Assembly: GCA_017414715.1 (NCBI GenBank)
Contig: JAFQKV010000100.1
Location: forward strand, 565 to 64,564
Direction: 5' to 3'
Source: Clostridia bacterium
Lineage (GTDB): Bacteria > Bacillota > Clostridia > Oscillospirales > QAMX01
Length of the DNA stretch: 64,000 nt
The stretch's first letter is position 1. The number at the start of each line of letters is the position of its first letter. The translations under genes and the position numbers were made by a program. Shown piece by piece: positions 36,526 through 46,428 of this stretch. The notes beneath the pieces are model-generated. The model was not told the DNA's origin. It did no database searches and saw only the letters and a list, made by a program, of their open reading frames with translations.

Positions 36526-38352
36526 TCATGCACCGGAGACTTCTTTTTTGTCCGTATAATACTGCGCCTGGGCGTTCCACAGCTCATAATATTTGCCGTC
36601 CGTATCGCACAGCAGCTCCTCGTGAGACCCCACCTGAACGATCCTTCCCTCGTCAAAGACCACGATCTTGTCGCAGAACCGGCAGGAGGACAGCCGATGG
36701 CTGATGTAGATGGCCGTCTTGTCGCCGACGATCTCATCAAACTTTGCATAGATCTCCGCCTCGGCAATGGGATCCAGCGCCGCCGTGGGCTCATCGAGAA
36801 TGATAAACGGCGCGTCCTTATAGAGCGCGCGGGCCAGAGCGATCTTCTGCGCCTCGCCGCCGGAAACGTTGACCCCCTCGTCATCAAAATTCTTGTACAG
36901 CGGGGTGTCAAGACCCTTGGGCATCTCTGCAAACCGCTCGCCAAAGCCCACCTCCCGAAGGCAGCTCTCCGCCTTTTCCGCATCCCATACGGCGGCGGAA
37001 GAAACGTTGTTCCCAAGCGGCAGGGAAAGCAGCTTGTAATCCTGAAAAACCACCGAAAAGAGATCGAGATACTCGCGGTAATCGTATTTGCGGATGTTGA
37101 AATCGTTCATGCGGATCTCACCCTCGCTTGGGTCATAGAGCCGGCACATGAGCTTGATAAAGGTGGTCTTGCCGGATCCGTTCATGCCCACCACCGCGAG
37201 CCGCTCCCCGACGTTGAAGGAGAGATTGACGTCCTTCAGGGCATATGCCTCGCTTCCCGGGTATTTGAAGCTTACGTTGCTAAATTCGATCTCATACTTT
37301 TTGTCGCTGCGCTTCTCCACCGCAAGCGAGCCCTGATACATATCGTTTTCAAGATCAAAATATTCCAGATAGACCTTCAGATAGGGCTCGTTCTCCAGTA
37401 TAGACTCCATTCCGTGCATGAGATTCCCTATACCGCCGAAAAAGCGGTTCAGATACCCGGTGTATTTGATGACGCTACCCACCGGAAATGCACCAAGCAC
37501 GCAGTACAGGCAAACCACCAGATAGGAGCACAGCGTTGTCAGCCATTGAAGGAATCTGGCCGGCAGGCCGAGGAGATACCGGGTAGTATTCACCTCTTTA
37601 AAGAGCCTCCGATGATCTTTCGCCAGCTTATTCTGCAATGCTGAAACCTTTTCCATCTGCCGGTACATACGAACATCCTGACCGGACAGGTCAAAGCCAT
37701 TGGAAAATCTGTTTTCTTTCAGCAGAACATCTCCCAGTTTTTCCATGGACAAGGCCAGCTTTTTGCCTGAGTGCTGCGTGTATATAAAGCTGCCCGCCAT
37801 GCAAAGGAGCATTCCGGCGATCAGTATAATGCCAAGCAGGGAGATCCCCGCGTTTGATGCCAGCGACAGCATTTCTCCAAAGAAAAGCAGCGACAGCAGT
37901 ACATCAAATAATCCGTCCACCGCATTCCGGAAGTTATTGCGCATATAGACAACGCCGTAACTATTGATACATGCATTTTCCATGATCTTCCGCCGCAGAG
38001 TCCGGATCTCCGGATCCTCCAGCTTTGCATAATCCAGCGACAGGGTTTGGGCCACAAAGGCCGCCGCCTGGTTGTCATCCAGGATCCGCTGCTGGGTATT
38101 GACCGCCCTTGTAAGGAGCGCAGCCATGACCCGGATAACGAGATTTCCCGCAAGGGCGATGGCAACGAGAAGGAATACGCGATCCCTCTCCCAGCCCTCG
38201 TACAGCCCCGTCACGATCTCCGCAGAGATCCAGAGATTGAAGAAGGGCGAAAGCTTATCAAAAAAAGTACGCAGCACAACCGCGGGAAAGTATTTGCGGT
38301 TCAGGGCGTTGTAGACCCGGAAGGCACGCCCCGTTACACTCATCTTACGCAT
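36526..38352 (-). CDS. ABC exporter, fused permease/ATPase (heterodimer partner 2)
   Basis: N-terminal 6-TM region, Walker A GMNGSGKTT, signature VSGGEAQK, Walker B FIILDEPT. Start chosen at ATG 38352, overlapping the upstream stop (GAGG RBS). Confidence 0.9.
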   Translation of the reverse strand: MRKMSVTGRAFRVYNALNRKYFPAVVLRTFFDKLSPFFNLWISAEIVTGLYEGWERDRVFLLVAIALAGNLVIRVMAALLTRAVNTQQRILDDNQAAAFVAQTLSLDYAKLEDPEIRTLRRKIMENACINSYGVVYMRNNFRNAVDGLFDVLLSLLFFGEMLSLASNAGISLLGIILIAGMLLCMAGSFIYTQHSGKKLALSMEKLGDVLLKENRFSNGFDLSGQDVRMYRQMEKVSALQNKLAKDHRRLFKEVNTTRYLLGLPARFLQWLTTLCSYLVVCLYCVLGAFPVGSVIKYTGYLNRFFGGIGNLMHGMESILENEPYLKVYLEYFDLENDMYQGSLAVEKRSDKKYEIEFSNVSFKYPGSEAYALKDVNLSFNVGERLAVVGMNGSGKTTFIKLMCRLYDPSEGEIRMNDFNIRKYDYREYLDLFSVVFQDYKLLSLPLGNNVSSAAVWDAEKAESCLREVGFGERFAEMPKGLDTPLYKNFDDEGVNVSGGEAQKIALARALYKDAPFIILDEPTAALDPIAEAEIYAKFDEIVGDKTAIYISHRLSSCRFCDKIVVFDEGRIVQVGSHEELLCDTDGKYYELWNAQAQYYTDKKEVSGA

Positions 38353-40174
38353 TTTCCTCACCCTCCCTGTAGTATTTTGCCTGCACGCCGAACATATGGG
38401 CATATTTCCCTTGCTTCTCCATCAGTTCCGCATGGGTTCCGCTTTCGCATATAACGCCGTCCTCCAAAAGGAGAATGCGGTCGCAGAAGCGGGTGCTGGC
38501 AAAGCGGTGGGAAATATAGACGGAGGTCTTTCCCTTCGTCAGCTCCCGGTACTGCTGATAGAGCTTATCCTCCGCAATGGGATCCAGCGCCGCCGTGGGT
38601 TCATCCAGCACAAGGATATGCCCGTTTTTGTAAATTGCCCGGGCAAGCACCAGCTTCTGCATCTCGCCCCCCGAAAGATCCACGCCGTCGTCATAGATTC
38701 CCTTCATAAGATGGGTATCCATCCCGTTTTCAAGCCCCGCGATCTTCTCCCAGATGCCTGCGGCCCGCATGGCGGCCTCGGCATCCGCCCGGGCGTCCGG
38801 GCGCGAAAGATCAAAGCTTGCCACAAATTCAAACATCGTCAGGGCGATGGGCCGGATCTCCTGAAATACGGCGGAGATCATGGAATAGTATTCTTCAATG
38901 TTGTACTCGTCGATTTTTCTGCCGTCCACCAGGATCTCGCCCTTGGTCGGCCGGTAAAACCCGCAGAGGAGCTTGACCAGCGTGGTTTTTCCCGCGCCGT
39001 TCATGCCCACCAGGGCAAGGCTTTCCCCGGCGCGCAGGGTTAGATCCACCCCTTTCAAGGTATAATCCTCCGCCCCGTCGTATTTATACCACACGTCCCG
39101 CAGGCAGATCTCCGGCGCAGCGGTGGGCAGCGCGCAGCCCTCCCCGTGGTTGAAGGTGTTGGGGTAATCGTAGAGCTCCCGGTAATAGGCGATCTTCTCC
39201 GCCCGGGTGCTGAAGGCCGCAAGATCGCCGACGAGGCTCTGCATAAAGCCCGCAACCTGTCCGACAATGCCGAAATAAAAGACGAAATCACCCGCCGTAA
39301 GCTCCCCTGCAAAGAGAAGCCCGATGAGCACAACGTAAGCCACGCCGTTCTGCACAAGGCTCAGAAGCCCGGCAAGCACTGAGGCCCACAGCCCCCGCAG
39401 GGATCCCCGCTTTTCCCACGTCAGCACAAAATGCTGATAATCCCGCATCATTCCCTCGATCCAGCCCTCCAGCCCGTAGAGCCGGATATCCTTTGCGACG
39501 GTAAAATCCTCGGACAGGCGGGAAAGGTAGGTCTTTTTCCGCGTCTCCTTTTCCCAGCGGTGCTTGTTTTTCTCCCGCCAGACCGGCTGCCACCGGGTGG
39601 TGAAATAGGACAGCACCGATACCCCCAGCACCGCGAGGAAGACCACCGGCTTTAAAAAGGCCAGCAGGGAAATGTAGGTCACAATGCCGGAAAGATGGAT
39701 GAGCGTTTGGGAAATATCATTCCAAAAGAATTCCAGTGAGCAGTTTCCGTGATTTGCATCTTCCTGGGCATACCCCATGATTTTCTCAAAATCCTGTTTT
39801 TCGGTGTTTTCAAAATCGGTAAAAAACCGAAAGCAGGCCATTTCGCCTTGAAACACAACGGTTGGATAGTATCTTTTGGAGATAAGCCTAGTCTGGATAA
39901 ATTTATTTGTCTCATTCAAAAGCCACTGCGCCGCAATAAACACCCCGACAAGGACGGCAAGGGTGGAAAACGGGGCGCCGGAGCCGATGCTGTCGATGAG
40001 ACACTTGGAAAAATAGGAGGAAAGCAGCGGCGTGGCCACCGCCACCGGAATGCCTGCAAAAATAAAGAACACAAATCTTCGGTCCAGCCGCCAGAGCTTT
40101 TTCATCGCCCAGGCAAAGCAGCCGAGGGTGGAATACTTCCGCTTTTTGCGGGCTTCTTTATTCTTCATGGACAT
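38345..40174 (-). CDS. ABC exporter, fused permease/ATPase (heterodimer partner 1)
   Basis: TM domain, then GMNGAGKTT, LSGGEMQK, ILVLDEPT. GGAGG RBS. Confidence 0.9.
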   Translation of the reverse strand: MSMKNKEARKKRKYSTLGCFAWAMKKLWRLDRRFVFFIFAGIPVAVATPLLSSYFSKCLIDSIGSGAPFSTLAVLVGVFIAAQWLLNETNKFIQTRLISKRYYPTVVFQGEMACFRFFTDFENTEKQDFEKIMGYAQEDANHGNCSLEFFWNDISQTLIHLSGIVTYISLLAFLKPVVFLAVLGVSVLSYFTTRWQPVWREKNKHRWEKETRKKTYLSRLSEDFTVAKDIRLYGLEGWIEGMMRDYQHFVLTWEKRGSLRGLWASVLAGLLSLVQNGVAYVVLIGLLFAGELTAGDFVFYFGIVGQVAGFMQSLVGDLAAFSTRAEKIAYYRELYDYPNTFNHGEGCALPTAAPEICLRDVWYKYDGAEDYTLKGVDLTLRAGESLALVGMNGAGKTTLVKLLCGFYRPTKGEILVDGRKIDEYNIEEYYSMISAVFQEIRPIALTMFEFVASFDLSRPDARADAEAAMRAAGIWEKIAGLENGMDTHLMKGIYDDGVDLSGGEMQKLVLARAIYKNGHILVLDEPTAALDPIAEDKLYQQYRELTKGKTSVYISHRFASTRFCDRILLLEDGVICESGTHAELMEKQGKYAHMFGVQAKYYREGEENA

Positions 40175-40220
40175 ATCAACCTCCGGGAACTTATGTTGAT
40201 GCTATTATACCGCAGAGACA

Positions 40221-40274
40221 AAAAAAATGTGCGATCTGTTGTCAAATGTCGAAAATCTGATGCAGATCGCACGT
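40221..40274 (-). terminator. Hairpin terminator after the kinase gene (10-12-bp stem, 24-nt loop, U-run)
   Basis: Minus strand acgtgcgatctg-24 nt-cagatcgcacat followed by TTTTTTT. Confidence 0.55.
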
Positions 40275-40279
40275 TTTAC

Positions 40280-40933
40280 CTATTCGGATTGGGGCAGCAG
40301 CACCTCTGTGGAGAAGGCACCCTCCTCGCTGGCCCGGGAAAGATAGCCGCCGTGCTTTTTGACAACGGCATCGATCCGGGCAAGCCCAAAGCCGTGTCCT
40401 TCGCCGCGCAGGCTTTGAAAGACCGTCTTTTTCCCGCCGGGGGCGGTGTTTGTGACGGAGATATAGAGATAATTCCCCTTCATTTCCATATACAGCCGGA
40501 TGAGGCGATCCGCCTCCGGCAGGGCGGCACAGGCCTCCGTCGCATTATCCAAAAGATTTCCGAGGATAATGCACAGGTCGATCTCCGGCACGGACAGCGC
40601 CACGGGGATGCGCGCCTCCGCCTTGATGCGGATATTGTGCTTTGCCGCAATGGAGAGTTTACTGTTGAGAATGGCATCCGCCATGCGGTTTCCCGTGCGG
40701 ATGACCGTTTCCACCTCGGTCAGATCGGCATCCAGCATGTCGAGATAGGCATCGATCTCCGCGTATTCTCCGGCTCTTGCGTGGGCCTTCATGGTCTGAA
40801 TATGGTGGCGGTAATCGTGTCTCCAGCCGCGCATTTTGGAAAACATTTCCTCCACTTCGGCATAGTACTTGGCAAGCATCTCGCTCTCCGCCGCGGCAAG
40901 CCGCCTGGCTATCCATTTTTCAAACACCGACAT
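40280..40933 (-). CDS. Sensor-less GHKL histidine kinase of the AgrC/LytS (HPK10-like) type
   Basis: 217 aa with no TM segment. H-box WRHDYRHHIQT, N-box ILGNLLDNATEA, G-box GHGFGL. Starts 6 nt after the LytTR regulator gene. Confidence 0.8.
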   Translation of the reverse strand: MSVFEKWIARRLAAAESEMLAKYYAEVEEMFSKMRGWRHDYRHHIQTMKAHARAGEYAEIDAYLDMLDADLTEVETVIRTGNRMADAILNSKLSIAAKHNIRIKAEARIPVALSVPEIDLCIILGNLLDNATEACAALPEADRLIRLYMEMKGNYLYISVTNTAPGGKKTVFQSLRGEGHGFGLARIDAVVKKHGGYLSRASEEGAFSTEVLLPQSE

Positions 40934-40938
40934 TCACC

Positions 40939-41640
40939 TCACAAAACACGGATGAGCGCCTCATGAACCGCAGGGTACATGCCTCGGCTGATGGGAATGC
41001 GCGCGCCATCCGTCAGAATGATCTCCGTGCGGGAGATGCGTCTGATATGCCCAAGCCCGACGATATACGACCGGTGAACGCGGATGAGCGTATCGTCCAG
41101 CTGCTGTTCAAATCTTGCCAGGCTCTGCCGGGTGCGGTATACGCCGTCCTGCGTGTGAACGCACACGTACACGTTCTCCGCCTCGGCGTACATGATCTCT
41201 GCAAGGGGGATGCGCACCGTCTCCTCCGCCGTTTCCACAAGCACGTACCGCATCTGACGGCCGATGTTGTGGACCGCCCGGTCAAGCACCGGAAAGAGCT
41301 TCTGCTCATTTGCCGGTTTGATCAGATAGTGCAGGGCGGAAACGTCAAACCCGTCGGAAAAATATTCGTAATAGCCGGTAACGAAAACGATCTGCAGCAC
41401 CGAATTCTCCCGACGGATCTCACGGGCCAGCTCCACGCCGGACATACCCGGCATTTCAACGTCAAGAAGCAGGATGTCAAAATCCTTTGTTTCCTCATAG
41501 GCAAAAAGAAAGGCCTCTGCCGAGGGAAAGGCGCGGATATCCGCCTCGGTGCGTACTTTTTTTGCCCATGCGCGCACAAGCTCCGCAAGATATTCTCTCT
41601 GTTCACCGCAGTCATCACAGATGGCGATCCTCCGCTGCAT
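40939..41640 (-). CDS. LytR/AlgR-family response regulator (receiver + LytTR DNA-binding domain)
   Basis: IAICDDC.., DILLLDVEMPGMSG, LIKP; C-terminal ..IRVHRSYIV..I..I. Confidence 0.9.
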   Translation of the reverse strand: MQRRIAICDDCGEQREYLAELVRAWAKKVRTEADIRAFPSAEAFLFAYEETKDFDILLLDVEMPGMSGVELAREIRRENSVLQIVFVTGYYEYFSDGFDVSALHYLIKPANEQKLFPVLDRAVHNIGRQMRYVLVETAEETVRIPLAEIMYAEAENVYVCVHTQDGVYRTRQSLARFEQQLDDTLIRVHRSYIVGLGHIRRISRTEIILTDGARIPISRGMYPAVHEALIRVL

Positions 41641-41702
41641 TTTTCTCCCCCTCCCGTCCGCAGTCTTTGTTTTTTATTATAGCACGCCTTCCCCGCTCTG
41701 TC

Positions 41703-41740
41703 AAAAAGACACCTCCGGCGGAAAATTCCGCCGGAGGTGT
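41703..41740 (-). terminator. Rho-independent terminator after the DUF4349-like gene
   Basis: Perfect stem acacctccggcgg/ccgccggaggtgt with a 6-nt loop, then CTTTTT on the minus strand. Confidence 0.75.
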
Positions 41741-41747
41741 GTTCAAT

Positions 41748-42653
41748 TTATATGTCCGTTTCCTGCGTCTGTTTCTTCTTCCGCTTTGCAAAACTGCGGC
41801 GGATGACCAAAACAACGGCAAGGACAGCGGCGGCAAGGATGGCAAAGTAAATGATATTGCCGGCAATGCCCACGAAAAGCGCCCGGAAGAAGCTGCCGAT
41901 CTCATAGGCACTTTCGGCAATGCGGCTGCCGATCTCGCCCCAAAGGCCGAGCTTTGCCACCGGGGTCTCCCGCTCCACCTCGTTTACGTAGAGGACAAGC
42001 TTTGCATAGGCGATCTGTGCATCGTAGCTTCGCAGGGTTGCTTCATAGCTCTCCAGCTCCGCGATGACCTCGGTCAGGCGGCTGCGCACCTCCAGAATGT
42101 CCGAAAGACTGCCGGATTTATCCAACAGGGCCATGAGCGCATCCCGCTCCCCCTTCAGGGCAGCGATGTGGCTCTCGGTGTCGATATAGCTCTCGGTCAC
42201 GTCCCGGGCAGCCTCGGAATAGGAGGTCACCGTGCCCTGCTCTCCCAGCCCCTCGCACAGAGCCGCAAGCTTTTCCGGCGGGATGCGGACAACGTATTCT
42301 GCATAGCGCAGACCGCTGTTCCGATCCCGGGTACTGACCGATTCGATATAGCCGCCCAGGGCGGTCACCTCCTGCCGAAGGCTCTCCAGCAGCTCTGCGA
42401 AGGCTTTCGTCTGCATGGACATTTCCGCCGTGATGATGCGCTTGCGCCCGTCCTGCAGACCGGCAGCCGTACCGGACTGATCCGTCGTCGACATTTCCAC
42501 GTCTGCGAAGATGTTTTCTTTATCGACGCTGTCGCCCCGGCTGCCGGGGGCAAGGTCATTTTCCATCGCTGCGGAACAGCCGAAGAGCATGACCGCAAGC
42601 AGCACGATCGCAAGGGCAAGCACCGCGGCACGGAGCAGATTTTTCCGTTTCAT
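41748..42653 (-). CDS. DUF4349-like lipoprotein with a C-terminal membrane anchor
   Basis: Start trimmed to MKRKNLLRAAVLALAIVLLAVMLFGCSA (lipobox). Central coiled-coil-like region. C-terminal TM pair. GGGAGG RBS. Confidence 0.5.
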   Translation of the reverse strand: MKRKNLLRAAVLALAIVLLAVMLFGCSAAMENDLAPGSRGDSVDKENIFADVEMSTTDQSGTAAGLQDGRKRIITAEMSMQTKAFAELLESLRQEVTALGGYIESVSTRDRNSGLRYAEYVVRIPPEKLAALCEGLGEQGTVTSYSEAARDVTESYIDTESHIAALKGERDALMALLDKSGSLSDILEVRSRLTEVIAELESYEATLRSYDAQIAYAKLVLYVNEVERETPVAKLGLWGEIGSRIAESAYEIGSFFRALFVGIAGNIIYFAILAAAVLAVVLVIRRSFAKRKKKQTQETDI

Positions 42654-42735
42654 AAACAAAGACCTCCCGTTTTCCGTTTGGATTCTATGCCTATAATACG
42701 GAACGGGAGGTCGTTTTATTGGAAAAACTCTGAAA

Positions 42736-44055
42736 TTATTTTTTGAAATTGGGCAGGAACGCGCCGATGCCGCAAAGGGCTGCCTGCAGCTCCTCCACAG
42801 GGAGGGCCCGCAGGGCGGTGTCCTTCTTTGCCGCAAGAGCCGCCGCCATACCCGCCGCCTGACCGGTGATATAGCAGCCGGGCATCACACGGATGGAGGC
42901 CTGCATCTGGCGGTCGGTACCGACGCAGCGGCCGGCAACCAGCAGATTCTCGGTGCATTTGGGCAGCAGCGTGCGGTAAGGAATGCCGTAGCTTTCGCCG
43001 TCCTTATAGCGCAGATCCTCCAGATGCTCCTTCAGGAAGGTCTCATACTGTTCCTTGCTGCGGGCATCGCGATGGATATCCACGGGGTAGCTGTAGCGGC
43101 CGATCTCGTCATCAAACACTGCGCGGGCGCGGAAATCGTCCACCACGAGGTTATATTCGCAGTCGATGCGGCGGGTCTCGCGCACGCCCATCATATCCGC
43201 CGTCAGGATCATCTCGGCCTCTTCATAGCCTGCGATGCGCTCGCGGTAGAAGTTGCGCAGCTCTAAAAGCTGGCGGCGCTGGGTAATGAGGGCATCCGTG
43301 AGGCTCTTCTCATCCGTTCCGTCCAGACCGTAGGCGTGGCCGATGTTTCCGCCGCCGGTGGTGGGACCAACGCGCCAGATGCCGGGATGATGCCGGTCGG
43401 GATCGGTGAAATAGCCCTCGTCTATGGCGCGATTCAGCTCCTCCTTCAGTTTTGCACCATCCGGGCGGCGTGCCCAGTCGATATTGCACCAAAGCTGGCA
43501 GAGGGTTCCGGGCATCATTTCCTTGGTTTTTCTCTCTCCCTTGAAATAGGGGGCTCCCGCCATGACGGAGAGCAGTCCGTCACCGGTGCAGTCGAGGAAA
43601 TACTTTGCCTCCACGGCAAACAGGTCGCTTTTGCCGGCAAAAACGGCCGCACGGATAACGCCCTCCTCCGCTTCGGCACCGATGAGACGGGTCTCAAAGA
43701 GGAAGTCGACCCCGGCATCCACCATCAGCTTGTCATAGATGCGCTTGAGCACCTCCACGCGGATGGAAAAGCCCTTTCCGCGACCGCCGGGCACAATACC
43801 CGTTTCCTCCCGGTGCAGATCTGAGATCTCACGGCCGAAGCCGTCGGCATTCATGTTGATGCCGTCGGAAAACTGCATAAATGCCGGAACCATACCCCGG
43901 GTACCCAGACCGCCAAAGCAGCCACCGGCCTCCGCAAGGAATACCCTTGCCCCGGCTCTCGCCGCCGTCACGGCTGCTGCACAGCCCGCAGGACCGCCGC
44001 CGACAATACAAACATCCACCTGATGTTTGACAGGGATTTCCCGTTCAAAACGCAT
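42736..44055 (-). CDS. FAD-dependent oxidoreductase
   Basis: N-terminal Rossmann VDVCIVGGGPAGCAAAVTAARAGARVFLAE. Confidence 0.8.
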   Translation of the reverse strand: MRFEREIPVKHQVDVCIVGGGPAGCAAAVTAARAGARVFLAEAGGCFGGLGTRGMVPAFMQFSDGINMNADGFGREISDLHREETGIVPGGRGKGFSIRVEVLKRIYDKLMVDAGVDFLFETRLIGAEAEEGVIRAAVFAGKSDLFAVEAKYFLDCTGDGLLSVMAGAPYFKGERKTKEMMPGTLCQLWCNIDWARRPDGAKLKEELNRAIDEGYFTDPDRHHPGIWRVGPTTGGGNIGHAYGLDGTDEKSLTDALITQRRQLLELRNFYRERIAGYEEAEMILTADMMGVRETRRIDCEYNLVVDDFRARAVFDDEIGRYSYPVDIHRDARSKEQYETFLKEHLEDLRYKDGESYGIPYRTLLPKCTENLLVAGRCVGTDRQMQASIRVMPGCYITGQAAGMAAALAAKKDTALRALPVEELQAALCGIGAFLPNFKK

Positions 44056-44137
44056 GATGATTTCTCCTTATCATCTGAAAAAGGTGACGGGACCGTCTGC
44101 CGCAGCAGCGGCAGACGATCCCGTGACGTATCTTTTG

Positions 44138-45133
44138 TTACGCCCAGCGCATACCCACGGGCTTTGCCTTGCGGATGATGACTTCCTTGAGCAGCTCTAC
44201 GGCCTTCTCAAGGCCCTCCTCGGGGGCCATGAGGCTATCCTCATGCTCGATGCAGACTGCATCGGTATATCCTGCCAGCACCAGCTCGCTCATGATATCC
44301 TTCCACTTCTTGGTCTCGCTTCCGTAGCCGACGGAACGGAAGATCCAGGAGCGGTTGTCCTCGTCGCTGTAATGCTTGGTATCCAGAACACCGTTCTTGG
44401 AGGTCTTCTCGGCGTTGATAATGGTATACTTGGCATGGAAATGATAGATGGCACCGCGCAGCTCACGGATGGCCATGACGGGATCCATGCCCTGCCAGAT
44501 GAGGTGAGAAGGATCGAAGTTTGCGCCGATGGCAGGACCCACGGCGGCGCGCAGCTTCAGCAGGGTCTCGGGATTGTAAACACAGAAGCCGGGATGCATC
44601 TCCAGCGCAATGCGCTTGACGCCGTGGGCCTCGGCAAAGGCAACGGCCTTCTTCCAGTAAGGAATGAGCACCTCGTTCCACTGCCATTCGAGAATGGCGA
44701 GGAAATCCTCGGGCCAGGGGCAGGTGACCCAGTTGGGATACTTTGCGCCCTCATGATCACCGGGGCAGCCGGAGAAGGTGACGAGGGTATCGAGGCCGAG
44801 CTTCTCGCAGAGCAGAACCGCCTTCTCAAAATCGCTGTGATAACCCGCGGCGACGGCCTTGTCGGGATGCACGGGGTTGCCGTGAACAGACAGGCAGGAG
44901 ATCTCCAGCCCGCGGGAGGCGATGGTGTTCTTGAACTCCTCGAGAGCTGCGGCATCGTTAAGCAGCACGTCGGGATCGCAATGGTCACGGCCGGGATAGC
45001 CGCCGCAGCCGATCTCCAGTGCCTCAACGCCGAGGGTCTTGAAGTAATCGCAGGCCTCTGCCAGAGGGCGATCGCCGAAAAGATTGGTAAGCACGCCGAG
45101 TTTCATGGTCAAATTACCTCCATAGAAATTCAT
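44138..45133 (-). CDS. Sugar phosphate isomerase/epimerase (xylose-isomerase-like TIM barrel)
   Basis: ~330 aa; ..GV..LE.. blocks, ALEMHPG, CIEHED are typical of the AP_endonuc_2/TIM family (by eye). Confidence 0.65.
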   Translation of the reverse strand: MNFYGGNLTMKLGVLTNLFGDRPLAEACDYFKTLGVEALEIGCGGYPGRDHCDPDVLLNDAAALEEFKNTIASRGLEISCLSVHGNPVHPDKAVAAGYHSDFEKAVLLCEKLGLDTLVTFSGCPGDHEGAKYPNWVTCPWPEDFLAILEWQWNEVLIPYWKKAVAFAEAHGVKRIALEMHPGFCVYNPETLLKLRAAVGPAIGANFDPSHLIWQGMDPVMAIRELRGAIYHFHAKYTIINAEKTSKNGVLDTKHYSDEDNRSWIFRSVGYGSETKKWKDIMSELVLAGYTDAVCIEHEDSLMAPEEGLEKAVELLKEVIIRKAKPVGMRWA

Positions 45134-45354
45134 TCATTTTCCCCCGTCTGTTCCCGAAGGATGCGGCGGATGTTTTTCTCTGCCTTGGCACGGGGTGTCA
45201 GAACCTCATGACCGCAGCCCGTACAGCGGAGACGGAAATCCATGCCGGAGCGCAGCACGACCCACTCAAAACTTCCGCAGGGATGGCTCTTTTTCATCAC
45301 CAACCGATCGCCCACACGGACATCCACACACCGCACCGCCTTTCCCTGGAACAT
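45130..45354 (-). CDS. DUF951-family small protein
   Basis: VGDRLVMKKSHPCGSFEWVVLRSGMDFRLRCTGCGHEVLTPRAKAEKNI matches the DUF951 pattern (HPCG..W...R.G.D....C..CGH). Confidence 0.7.
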   Translation of the reverse strand: MFQGKAVRCVDVRVGDRLVMKKSHPCGSFEWVVLRSGMDFRLRCTGCGHEVLTPRAKAEKNIRRILREQTGENE

Positions 45355-45438
45355 AACAGAGTATCAGTCTGCATATAGTGTACCACAGTTTTCCAAAAAT
45401 CACAATATATAACCTAAAAGAAGGGAGCAACTGATATT

Positions 45439-46374
45439 ATGCCGCAGGGAAACATACTTCCGGAGGGATTCCTCTCCGGCACCGCCGAAAACGAGCGTCT
45501 GCTGTCCTGCCGGGAGGGGCTGACACTCGCCCGGGATCGGGGCACTGTGCTGGAGGCAATGGCCGAGCGCTGTGGGGCCGGTCATGAGCTTATTCTGCGT
45601 CTTCCCGGCGTACGGGCAATTATTCCCCGTCCGGAGGCCGCCCTCGGGATCGCCGAAGGGCAGGTACGGGATATCGCCATTCTCTCCCGGGTAGGCAAGC
45701 CGGTAGCCTTCCGCATCACCGATATTTCCGGGCTGGATGCTGCGGATCCCTATATTCTCTGCTCCCGCCGTCTGGTACAGCAGGAAGCGATGCAGGCCCT
45801 CTGCCGGGAACTGCTGCCCGGAGATATTCTTCGCGCTCGGGTGACCCATTTGGAGTCCTTCGGCTGCTTTGCGGATATCGGCCGCGGCATCGTCTCCATG
45901 ATCGGGGCAGACCGCATTTCTGTCTCCCGCATCCGTCATACCGCCGAGAGATTTCGCACGGGGCAGGACATCCTCGCCTGCGTTCTCTCCACCGATCCCG
46001 CTGCCGGGCGCATTTACCTTACCCACAAGGAGCTTCTCGGCACCTGGGAGGAGAATGCCGCCTGCTTTGCCCCGGGGGAGACCGTCCGCGGCATCGTCCG
46101 CGGCATTGAGAGCTACGGTGTCTTTGTAGAGCTCTCCCCCAATCTTTCAGGACTTGCAGAACCCTGTCCCGGGCTTTCCGAAGGAGACAGCGTCTCCGTA
46201 TACATCAAAAGCATCTGCCCGGAGCGAATGAAGATCAAGCTCGCCGTTATCGACCGCACCCCCGCCGCTCCCATCTATGCACCGCCCAGATATTTTGTCA
46301 GCGAGGGACGGCTCCGCGCCTTCCGCTATGCCCCGGCCTGCTGTCCCCGGGGAGATGAAACCGTATTTGCATAA
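45439..46374 (+). CDS. S1 RNA-binding domain protein
   Basis: Repeated S1-like units: GDILRARVTHLESFGCFADIGRGIVSMI and GETVRGIVRGIESYGVFVELSPNLSGLA. Confidence 0.7.
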   Translation: MPQGNILPEGFLSGTAENERLLSCREGLTLARDRGTVLEAMAERCGAGHELILRLPGVRAIIPRPEAALGIAEGQVRDIAILSRVGKPVAFRITDISGLDAADPYILCSRRLVQQEAMQALCRELLPGDILRARVTHLESFGCFADIGRGIVSMIGADRISVSRIRHTAERFRTGQDILACVLSTDPAAGRIYLTHKELLGTWEENAACFAPGETVRGIVRGIESYGVFVELSPNLSGLAEPCPGLSEGDSVSVYIKSICPERMKIKLAVIDRTPAAPIYAPPRYFVSEGRLRAFRYAPACCPRGDETVFA

Positions 46375-46428
46375 CGGAACTTTTCGTGTTATAATGATAG
46401 AAAATTCTTCCGGGAGATGTGAAATTTT

